Shown here: positions 54,901 to 64,000 of the stretch, piece after piece
How the letters are laid out: the number at the start of each line of letters is the position of its first letter
Position numbering within the stretch: the stretch's first letter is position 1
IMG/VR virus record: IMGVR_UViG_3300014039_000012
Coordinates: 105,442-169,441 of that record
Direction: 5' to 3' (one strand)
Length of the DNA: 64,000 nt
From: a virus
Taxonomy: Duplodnaviria > Caudoviricetes
Position numbers and translations under genes: made by a program
The notes under the pieces: model-generated
Told to the model about the DNA's origin: nothing
The model's input: the letters and a program-made list of their open reading frames with translations, nothing else
The model's database searches: none

Positions 54901-55575
54901 ATTGCTTTCGTCCGTTCCTCTTTTGTCTGTTGAAATTCTCTCCAATTGTCTTTGATGTATTTGTCGTTCTTTGCTTTGGATTCGGGATTGACAATGAGAA
55001 GAATCAACTTCTTTGAAACCTCGAATTCTTTGGCGAGTTTCATCAAACTCCAACCTTCATCTCGAAGGCGGATTATCTCCGCCTTCTGTTCGTCTGTCAG
55101 TTTTCGTCGTCTGTCTTGAAGCCCGACGAGCTTTATGTGATTGGTTTCGTGGATGTAGGGCATTTATTTCACTCCTTTCTCAATCTTTCGACGATTTTTG
55201 CCTCGAGCTCGTAATAAGTGTCTCCGAAGATTCTTGCTTCATCCTCTTCGCCTTCTCTCCATTTATCGGGAAGCGTGATGTCGAGTTCGTCGAGCAGCCC
55301 TTCGAAAATGTCGATGATGTCGTCTGCGGTGTTGGTCAAATTGTCGTTTGTGTTCATTACTTCTTCCTCCTCTTTTTTGTTCAGTTCTTCATAATAGTTT
55401 TTGATGTCTTCGTCTGCGAAGTCGTAGATAATTTCTCCATCGCTGTTGGTGATTTCGTAGCCTGTTTCGTAGCAGTCGTCTTCTTCCCAAGAAGCTCCTT
55501 CTTGGATTCTGGTGCGTGGTGTGATTGTGAACATAGTATTTTCCTTTCTGCCTTTTCGGCTTTAAAATTGTGGTT

Positions 55576-57126
55576 TTATTTAGATTTTAATTGTTTGACA
55601 AGGGTTTTGAGAGAGTCCATCTCTTTTCTAATTATTTGAAAATCGCAATCATTTTGAGAAAATACAACTGACCAATATTTCATCGATATTTTGTCAATGC
55701 TCAATTTTTCAAAAATAATAAGCTTTGCATATATTTCTCGATATGAATAATCGACTCCATAAATAGATCTTGCCATTAAATTTGCGTAAAGATAATGAGG
55801 ACCTCCTCCTTCGCCCCACCGTATCTTTTCAATTAAACAATGAAGCAAAAAGTGTTGTTTCTTTGTCGCATAAATCAACCGATCCTTTCTGTTGTATTGT
55901 TTTAACCGTTTAAGTTCTTTAAAATCTTTATCTTCTTGTGCTTTTTCTGTTCTTCTTCCAATGTCGTCTAAAATTGTTTCATCAATGTGATGAATGTCAA
56001 TTCCTTCTTTTCCTCTTTTGATCGGATTTTCATCATAATCTTGATTTACTAACCCGTTTTCGGCTTGACACCACAAACACAACTTCTCATATAATTCTTC
56101 ACTCCTTTCTTCCGACATCGTTATGAAATTTGATTCCATTTCAGAAATTGCGGAATTCCAATCCGGAATTTCTGGCTTGATTCCGTTATGAATCTTCTCA
56201 CAAATTTGAGCTTCAATCTTGCAGTCTTCTAAAGCGTTGTGCGATTTTGAAACATTAATAAAGAATGTTTTTGCTATAACATCCTTGGAAGAACTTCCGA
56301 AATTTTTAAATGGTTCATAAGATTTCACCGCCTCTCTTGCATTTTGAAATTTAAAGGTTTTATGATCTGTCAGGCTGTGTTCTCTAAAATAACAATTTAG
56401 AAAAGACACATCAAACATATCTCTTCCTGCCCAAATCGTTAAGTTGTTTTGTTTTATATCAAAAAGTTCGATTAGTTTGTCGATATCAGATTGAGTCAAT
56501 GAAGTTGCGTCTTTCAACGTTTTTTCAGTTATTCCATTTATGGCAGTAATTTCTTCGGAAATAACTGATTGTTTTTCAAGTGGAAGGTATTTTTGAAATT
56601 TCTTTCTTGTCGATGGTTGAAACAACGCAATGCTTATGACATCATCAAAAAGCGGATTCAAGCCAGTTGTTTCAAGATCAACGAAGACATCATTTACTCC
56701 GTAACAATACGAGACAAGAGAGAAATCAGATGATTTTGGAGCTTTATGCGCTCCAATCGTGAAATATATACATACATTGTTTAAATAACAAAAATATTTC
56801 ATATGTCCATATTTTTCTGATTTGGCAAGATAATGAAGATAAGGATACTTTTCCGAATCTGATTCAATAGTATAATATTCCCAATCAGAATAATTTTCAA
56901 AAATAGGAGTTTTATTGAATGCCTTCGTCTCCATTTTTCTTGTAAAATAATCTAATTGGAGAATGTCACAAACGCAGTTGAAATAGTTTGTTTGTTCTTG
57001 GTTTTCAAAAATAGATTTATTCTCTATAGATTTTAATAATTTGTTAAATGAAATCGTTTTAATGTCTGGAATGAAAGGATTTTTTCCAAATTTTTCTTCA
57101 ATTAATCTTCTTATTTTGTAGTCCAT
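55576..57126 (-). CDS. DEDDh 3'-5' exonuclease with an additional His-rich C-terminal (HNH-like) domain
   Basis: FVDLETTG, FD, HNALED motifs; C-terminal DIHHIDE...HFLLH. Confidence 0.75.
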   Translation of the reverse strand: MDYKIRRLIEEKFGKNPFIPDIKTISFNKLLKSIENKSIFENQEQTNYFNCVCDILQLDYFTRKMETKAFNKTPIFENYSDWEYYTIESDSEKYPYLHYLAKSEKYGHMKYFCYLNNVCIYFTIGAHKAPKSSDFSLVSYCYGVNDVFVDLETTGLNPLFDDVISIALFQPSTRKKFQKYLPLEKQSVISEEITAINGITEKTLKDATSLTQSDIDKLIELFDIKQNNLTIWAGRDMFDVSFLNCYFREHSLTDHKTFKFQNAREAVKSYEPFKNFGSSSKDVIAKTFFINVSKSHNALEDCKIEAQICEKIHNGIKPEIPDWNSAISEMESNFITMSEERSEELYEKLCLWCQAENGLVNQDYDENPIKRGKEGIDIHHIDETILDDIGRRTEKAQEDKDFKELKRLKQYNRKDRLIYATKKQHFLLHCLIEKIRWGEGGGPHYLYANLMARSIYGVDYSYREIYAKLIIFEKLSIDKISMKYWSVVFSQNDCDFQIIRKEMDSLKTLVKQLKSK

Positions 57127-57541
57127 TCTGTCTTTCTCCTTATTTATTCAGCCCCGGATTGTTGGTCCGAGGCTGTTGTTTTTTGTTAGTCTTCTTCTTG
57201 TTGTTTGGAATTAAATATAGAAATTGCCGTCCATTCATCGCAATGATATTTATCACAAATTTCTTTTATTACTTCTTCTCCAGAAAGGTTTCCACTTCCA
57301 TTCAAACTGAACAAGCAACATTGCGAAATTAATGCTCTCTTAATAGTTTCTGAAATGTCTTTAATTTTCACTAACTCTTCTTGTGCTTTTTCTAGTTTTG
57401 TTATTTTAATAAGATAAATAATTGCAAAAATAAGAGAAGCGACTGAAATTATTATTCCAACAAAACTCAAAATGATTGTAAAACATAATGTTGCGTTTTC
57501 CATCTTTTCCTTTCTAGACCCCGGATTTCTCCGAGGTCCAA

Positions 57542-58279
57542 TTATTTTTCTTTAATAAAGTCTTTTGAAATTATTTCGTTGAATTTAACAGGATCATACC
57601 AATAACAACCGGGACAACTGGATGAATTTTCATCTCCAACAATAAAAGACTCTTTATAGCCGAGTCTTTTAGCGTCATATCTTTTTCCAGTTTGAATGCA
57701 TTCTTTACAATGTTGTCTTTTGGCATCGTTTACGGCTTTTGATAATGATTGAAAGTCAGAAATATTCTGATCCTCTGTTTTAATATTAGAAAGCGAATTA
57801 TATCTTCCATTTTTATGATCGATTTCAATTCGAGAACTAATATCAAGCACTGCACAGCGACGTTTTAAAATTTCTAAACGAATATCATTTCGTATCGCTC
57901 TTTTTGTTTTAATAGAGTCAAGATTTAATCCGTCTAATTTAATAGCAGATACCTTTCCTCCTTTTTGTGGCCTTTTAATAATGTACTTTTTGCCCAAATA
58001 GCTGTTGTCGCTTCTTGCCCATTGGCATCCATTTGAACTTTCAAAACAAGGATGAATATTGCGAAGCTCTGAAATAGGAATTTCTCTTGAATATCCAGAA
58101 AGTGGATCATTTTCGTTATAACTCACTTCTGCATATAATTCAAACAGCATTCCTAATGTTTGAGGTGTTAGCTTTGCTCCCTGACATTCTCCTTTAACAT
58201 AAACAAGAATGTCAAAAATTGGTTCCTTTGTCTTAATCTTTTCTTGAATTGTTTCATTGATTATTTTGTCATCAATCAT
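57542..58279 (-). CDS. NlaIII/IceA1-like HNH-type restriction endonuclease
   Basis: NG.QWAR, IR.DI, IEIDHKNGR, DFQ.LSKA.ND.KRQ.CK.C and C.GCYWYDP resemble the IceA1/NlaIII family; coupled to the MTase by an ATGA overlap. Confidence 0.7.
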   Translation of the reverse strand: MIDDKIINETIQEKIKTKEPIFDILVYVKGECQGAKLTPQTLGMLFELYAEVSYNENDPLSGYSREIPISELRNIHPCFESSNGCQWARSDNSYLGKKYIIKRPQKGGKVSAIKLDGLNLDSIKTKRAIRNDIRLEILKRRCAVLDISSRIEIDHKNGRYNSLSNIKTEDQNISDFQSLSKAVNDAKRQHCKECIQTGKRYDAKRLGYKESFIVGDENSSSCPGCYWYDPVKFNEIISKDFIKEK

Positions 58280-58983
58280 TTTTGAATTTCCTCGATTCTT
58301 TTCATAGATTTATTATAATATGTCTTATCCAACTCGCAACCAATAAAATTACGATTTTCTAAAATGCTGGCAACGGCCGTAGTACCAGAACCTGAAAAAC
58401 AATCGAGAATAATGTCGTTCTCTTTTGAGTGTTTGCGAATGAGATCTCGAATTAATTCAACCGGTTTTTGAGTTGGATGAAAACGTCCTTTATCGTGGCA
58501 AACCGGATATTTATAAATACCATTGTCATATTCAGAATTGAATGTCGGTTTGCTTCCTTTAACTCCAACGAGGGCAATTTCTCTCGAATTCGTCAAATAA
58601 TTTGTCTTGCTGTTAATTGGAACGGGGTTTGTTTTTACCCATTCAATAAAACGAAGTTGTTTAAATTTTGCATTGTCAAAATAAGTTTTTAATGTAGAAA
58701 TTTTCCACAAATCATAAAAACAAATTAGCGTTCCAGATTGTTTTAAAACTCTATAACACTCCATAATAACATTGTCCAAACCAGAGAATCCAAAATCCCA
58801 TTCCCCAAAATCCATAGAAATTCTAAATCTGTCCGTGTCTTTTCCTGTTTTTTCTCCTGATTGAAAGTTTGTTTCTCTTGATACTTCATACGGAGGATCT
58901 ATTAAAACAAGATCTACTGAGTTAGTGGGAATTGTCTTGAGCCAGTTAAAACAAGAAGCGTTAACGAGTTTAAAGTTTTTCAT
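58276..58983 (-). CDS. N6A/N4C DNA methyltransferase (beta class)
   Basis: DPPY, HPTQKP, ILDCFSGSGTT and GCELD motifs. Confidence 0.93.
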   Translation of the reverse strand: MKNFKLVNASCFNWLKTIPTNSVDLVLIDPPYEVSRETNFQSGEKTGKDTDRFRISMDFGEWDFGFSGLDNVIMECYRVLKQSGTLICFYDLWKISTLKTYFDNAKFKQLRFIEWVKTNPVPINSKTNYLTNSREIALVGVKGSKPTFNSEYDNGIYKYPVCHDKGRFHPTQKPVELIRDLIRKHSKENDIILDCFSGSGTTAVASILENRNFIGCELDKTYYNKSMKRIEEIQK

Positions 58984-59038
58984 AATGATTTTCTCCTTTT
59001 ATATCTCTGACCGTTTAGCCGATATCCCAGCTATTTAT

Positions 59039-59067
59039 ATTATATCATATTTTTCTCAAAATGTCAA
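59039..59067 (-). promoter_or_regulatory. Sigma-A promoter for the R-M operon
   Basis: Minus strand reads TTGACA (59067-59062), 17 bp spacer, TGaTATAAT. Confidence 0.8.
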
Positions 59068-62000
59068 GAGAAATCGGTGAATTTCTCAAACTTTTTCAAT
59101 GTCTTTTCGACTAACGTACCAAAAACCATCTCCGACTGTTGTTCCTTCCGGCCATCTGATGTGATACGGGGCAACGTCGTGCTCGATTCCGATAACTACT
59201 CCGACTGTTCCTTTTGGCGGGAAGTACCCCGATTCTTTGATGTCTTCAGTGTCTTCGGTGATATATCGAACCTTGTCTCCGATTTCAATGTCGTTGTCTC
59301 CAAATTCTTCTTCGAGACATTTGCGACAATCATCCGTGCAATTCGTCGTTGTTTTTGCGAGTTCGCAATACTTTGCCATTTCTTTTCTCCTTTCTAACCG
59401 CCAATGCGGTCATAATATCTTTCGACGAATGATGCCGGAGAGAGTTCTCCAAGCATCAACATTCTAACAAGTCCATCGATTTGAACCTCCGTTTCGCAGG
59501 ACATCAGAATTTTATGTGTCCAATGCCGGAAATCGTGGAGTTTGTTCCGTGTTTCCTTCTCATTCACGATGCTGTCAGGAGAGAAAATCTCCATCTCCGA
59601 CAATACGCGAATCTTCTCGTCCACATACTGCCTTTTTGTGATTTCATCTCCCCAGAAGTTTGTAAAGACAATCTTCTTCTTTGCCACTTCAGTTTACCTC
59701 CTCACTTTTGGCAATGGTTTTGATAAGACGAATGCAAGTGTTTCTGGTTGCTCCGCCTTTACCCTTGAAGGATGAAATGTTCTCGATCATCTCCTCATAT
59801 TCACCACTGTAGTAGTGATCCAGTAACTTCTCCCAGTTCTCGACTCCGCCCATTGTGGCTTTGTGTCTTGCGTGGAAGAGCCTGCGGAGAAGTTCGTCCC
59901 GTGCTGTTTCAACGGGATTCTTGTCGTACTCGTAGATGTTGACGGTGCTGTTGTTGATGGTGAATTTTGCGTTTTTCATAACGCTCCTTTCTGCGCTTTA
60001 CCCTGCGCGACGGGTAATTTCACCTCTGGTGTTTGAGGCGAGAGTGATGAAACACTCTATGGAGTATTAGAACCGAAGCTCTAATACTCGAAGAATGTTT
60101 ATCGACCGTAGCGGTCTTTGCCCTGTCCGGAGAAGTCAAGGATGTTTGCATCGACGAAGGTGTCGGACTTTCCAGTGATGATGAAGCGGATGTAGTCCGC
60201 AAGACGAGAGAGAAATTTCTTCATTGTTCACACCTCCTTTCTATTAATATCTTTGTGCGAGGTCTTCGAAGTCTCTCATATCGGCATCGAAACAAGCGTT
60301 ATCGTAATCGATGTCTTCTTGGGAGATGTATTCCTCATCTTCCTTCGGAATGACGTCTTCGAGCTTGACTTCCGGACGATGCATCCACGCTTCTGCGCGG
60401 CAAATGGTATTATTCCAGATAACGCCGACCTTGCAAGGACCGAAGTCGATCTTGGTGATGAGATCAAGTCCGCACTTTGCGTTGGAGCTATAGATGTTGT
60501 GCTCTTCCATACGCCAAGAAGCAAGTTCGGGGTGCTTGAAGTTGCAAATCTGCTGTTTTGTAGCAGTAATTGTTCCGTTGATGTTGGATTGGATGAACCA
60601 ACCTTTACGGACAAGGTCGAAAGCAGATACTGTCGAGGTGGTCAGGGTACGAGTGATGATTGCGGTTTTCATAACAAAATCCTTTCTGGGCGTTTTGCCC
60701 TTCGTGTTTATTTTGGGACACGAAACCCATAATTTTTTAGTGTTTTTAACGTGGTTATCGCTTCCACACAAAGAGAAAGAATTACTTCTTTCTCTTATCT
60801 GCTTCCTCCTGTTTGATTGCAAGAGCATCGCGAATCGCGACGTCCTGTTCTCTCGCTTGAGAAAGCTCAAACGAGACATCAATCATCTCATTTGATTTTT
60901 CGAGTTCCCGAATCTTCAGGAAATTTTCTTTCGAGAGCTTCCGAAGTTCGGAAAGACTATACATAGTATAGTCAGCCATTCTATTCACCTCCTTTCTGTG
61001 AAATGGCAATGAAAAAGTAAGCGAAATAACATAAAGACCGAATTTACATTATAACACTTACTTTTCATTTCAAAATATTATATATGGCATCTTGTCTCAC
61101 ATAAAAAGTCCAGAACTCCCATATTTATCCTTTTCCTCTTAACTTCTTCATAACTTCCGCTAAAATTATAATCCACTCATCTCTACAATACATTATCATA
61201 TCCGACTTGCTCATTCCTCATATCTCCCATGTCTCCTTGTCTCCTCTCGCTCCCCATAATTATACCATCCATCCATTTCCTCAATATTGCCCACCTCTAA
61301 ATAATCTGTAAACTTCTCACTCCTCTTCTCTCCCGTTAAATTCCCTCTGCCTTTCATCGTCGTATCTTCGCCCACAAAACCACTCTCTCGCTCACTATTA
61401 TTCTCATGAAATTCCACGATTCCTCACACCCTATCCTTACCCATCCAACTCAAACATTTTCTCCACGCCTTATTAAAATAAAGGAAAATCGACCCAAAAT
61501 CAGTACTCCCACCGTAGACCTCCTAACCCCGTTACCGCACTCTATTCTCACCACATCTCTATAATTCTTCCCCTCATCTCAAAACCAAATCCGCACCAAA
61601 ACTATCTAAAAACCAATACTTTTCGAGCAAATTTCCAACGACCTTATTCTTTCACTCGATAATTTTCCGACCCCGACAAAACATATCGTTTCATCTTATT
61701 CTAAAATCTCGTCCAACTTTTCACGAAATCACCCAAACCCGTCGATTTCGACAACTTTAAAACACGTCATCTGTTCTAAATCGTTTCTCCATCACTGCCC
61801 ACCAAACACATAAAAAAGAGCCGGTCTTTCAACCGACTCTAAAACATTATTCTTATCCTCCACAAAACGTCTTTTACAATTACGGCAGATTATACCCTAC
61901 CGGGGGTATTTTCAGGGTACCGGTTCAAATTTATACCCGGTCGGGGTTAGCTAGGCTTTCTACTAATTTTTCCGCGCATTCTAAGATCATTATCTTCGAG

Positions 62001-62688
62001 AATTTTAATATCACAATCGCATTGACTTATCAGATCAAAATAAAAATTTTTTTGATCTATGTCCCAACATATAAAAGTAGCAATGAAACTCTTTTCTCTA
62101 TTTTGGATTAATCTTTTATTGATCGTTTCCAAAAGCGTAGAATAATCTTGAATCCTATCTCTTATTTTTTGATTTTGTAATTCTCGTTCGGCAATTATAA
62201 GCGCCTCTTTAGAAACGCAATCCACATAATCTTCATCGACCCACTCTGCGCCACGGAGGCGACTCTTCAATTCCTCTAACGCTTCTTGTTTTGTCATAAT
62301 ATATAATACTCACCAACTAACTTTGACACAAGGATTTCCGGACATTGTTCTTTCGTATTCAACCTCGAATCCGAGATACTCAATAAATGGCAGAAGAAGT
62401 CCGACTTTATTGATTGCGTAATTATTGCAAATATCTCCGAGCAAAAACGTAAATTCACGACATCCATTTTCAGAGGATTTTGTAATACTTTCATTCAGGA
62501 AATCTACAAAATCCTCATTATTATCTCGAAACCATTTAAAATCTGCTTTTGTTGGAGATTTCTTTTTTGCTCCAATAATTTTTCTTGCTTCTTCTGCGGA
62601 AACAACACCATCTAATAAACTACTCATCATCTTGTTATCCTCCTCGCATTCACATAATAAATAGCTAATACCAAAATTCCAAAAGCAC

Positions 62689-63162
62689 TTATTTTTGTTC
62701 CGTACCTGTTCTTAATTTTGGCATCTTATTGAAATCATATTCCTTCAATCCAACAAGACCGTTTACGACTGCATAACACCCGTTCGAAATCATCAGACTC
62801 ATTACATTATCTGTCATCTCAACCACAATAACTTTCTTTCCGGTTCCAAACGCATATCCAATTTCCCAATTCGTCCCGCTTGTTGTTTCTGTTCTGCCAT
62901 ATGAAACGGCCACAACAATATCGGCATTATCGATTGCTTTCACATCATTAGCAAAAACCATCTGCGCCCACTCTGCGTTCGGGTAATCCCAAGCATTCGG
63001 GATTTTGTAATCCCACGGACAGAAAATCTTATCTCCATATGAAATCTTTGATTGAAGAATTTTTCTAATTTCTTCAACAACACATCTTTTTTCACTGCCA
63101 ACAGAACCAAACGGTGCGGCAACATAAATGTTCATAATTTTATAAAAAATAGGAGTGATCAT
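62689..63162 (-). CDS. Nucleoside 2'-deoxyribosyltransferase/nucleotide N-glycosidase family protein
   Basis: IYVAAPF, DVKAIDNADIVVA and SGTNWEIGYA motifs. Confidence 0.82.
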   Translation of the reverse strand: MITPIFYKIMNIYVAAPFGSVGSEKRCVVEEIRKILQSKISYGDKIFCPWDYKIPNAWDYPNAEWAQMVFANDVKAIDNADIVVAVSYGRTETTSGTNWEIGYAFGTGKKVIVVEMTDNVMSLMISNGCYAVVNGLVGLKEYDFNKMPKLRTGTEQK

Positions 63163-63206
63163 CTTATTAACTTAATTACTTTGACCGCTCCCACGCATAT
63201 TCCTTT

Positions 63207-64000
63207 TTAGATTACTTTCTTAACCGCTTCTGAAACGGCATCATATCGCTTGTCCATAATCGCGTCCAGCAAGCACTTATACGAATTGATTTCTCCGCTC
63301 ATTACCATCTTACAAATGTTAACTGAAAATCCACTCACAAGAGCAACTCCGAGTTCATTTTCTCGAACAGGAATTGTTTCGGTTCGAGAATTTACATTCC
63401 AGAAAACGAGTCGCGGCAGTTTATATCCAGCGTCCTCGAATTTCTTCGAAATGGTTGAAAACAGAGTTTTATCACACCTTTTACGATCCCACCCGTAATA
63501 CTGCGAGGTCGCAGAATCAAATTCGCAATCCGAGATAATCAACACGTTCTTCGGAAGGTCTTCCTGCTTCATATGATTCTTAACGGCAACGTCCAAAATC
63601 AGATCAAAAGTCCTCTCAATATTGGTATTGGAACAATCGTCATTCATCATCGCAATGCGAATCTTATCCCGAAGCGTTTTACCACTACTAATATCAACAA
63701 ATTTCGGCTTATTTGAAAACGTAATAAACTTATTCTTAAACTGTCCGCTCGAACGTTCTGCGAAATAAATTGCAAGAGCATTGGCTACTTCAAGAGCGGT
63801 TGCGGTCGTTCCACCAATCTTACACTCCATCGAGCCGGAACCGTCACAAACCACGAGAGTGTTTCCGTTCTCGTTAACAGTATCGGGAAGGTTCTTCCAC
63901 AATTGCTCAAGGGTTTCATCGTATTGAGTGCAGCTTCGATTGTAACCGCCCGCATATTTATGAACAATATCGTGCGGATAGAGCACAGAAGCGTTAATCT
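63207..64000 (-). CDS. DUF2828/TROVE-like vWA protein (5' partial)
   Basis: The frame stays open to the window edge (INASVLYPHDIV); MIDAS VCDGSGSM, FITFS, NTN, IISDCEFD, VFWNV and LVSGFS motifs. Confidence 0.8.
   Translation of the reverse strand, partial: INASVLYPHDIVHKYAGGYNRSCTQYDETLEQLWKNLPDTVNENGNTLVVCDGSGSMECKIGGTTATALEVANALAIYFAERSSGQFKNKFITFSNKPKFVDISSGKTLRDKIRIAMMNDDCSNTNIERTFDLILDVAVKNHMKQEDLPKNVLIISDCEFDSATSQYYGWDRKRCDKTLFSTISKKFEDAGYKLPRLVFWNVNSRTETIPVRENELGVALVSGFSVNICKMVMSGEINSYKCLLDAIMDKRYDAVSEAVKKVI

Larger units (their letters stand above)
46183..55534 (-). other. Cluster of about 20 small co-oriented minus-strand genes (early/host-takeover type)
   Basis: ORFs mostly 80-310 aa with GAAAGGA-type SDs, separated by conserved structured spacers. 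Confidence 0.7.

Overview
Segment of a large, AT-rich dsDNA phage genome. Sigma-A-type TTGACA-17-TGnTATAAT promoters and AGGAGG/GAAAGGA Shine-Dalgarno (SD) sequences point to a Firmicutes (probably clostridial/gut) host. 1-44.8 kb is transcribed on +. It holds a DnaE-type DNA polymerase interrupted by one LAGLIDADG intein and two ORF-less group I introns, a PD-(D/E)XK nuclease, a RecD2-like helicase, Fhs and FolD, an Rnl1-like RNA ligase with a PNK-HD, ClpP-like and beta-CASP proteins, HNH endonucleases, a putative origin region, and a tRNA/ncRNA cluster. 45.2-64 kb is transcribed on - and holds many small acidic early/host-takeover-type genes, an NlaIII/IceA-like R-M pair, a perfect parS site and a partial DUF2828/vWA gene. 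The most unusual signals are non-coding. (i) 22 copies of GGGAGCGG, which contains the Bacillus Chi core AGCGG, are packed into 36.6-44.7 kb in both orientations. (ii) Five promoters have their -35 box at the apex of a covarying terminator-like hairpin. (iii) Covarying pseudoknots or hairpins abut the SD of many minus-strand genes. (iv) An orphan TnpB omega-RNA-like scaffold, anti-SD segments and atypical or rearranged tRNAs lie in the ncRNA cluster. All family assignments are from motif recognition by eye; no searches were run.
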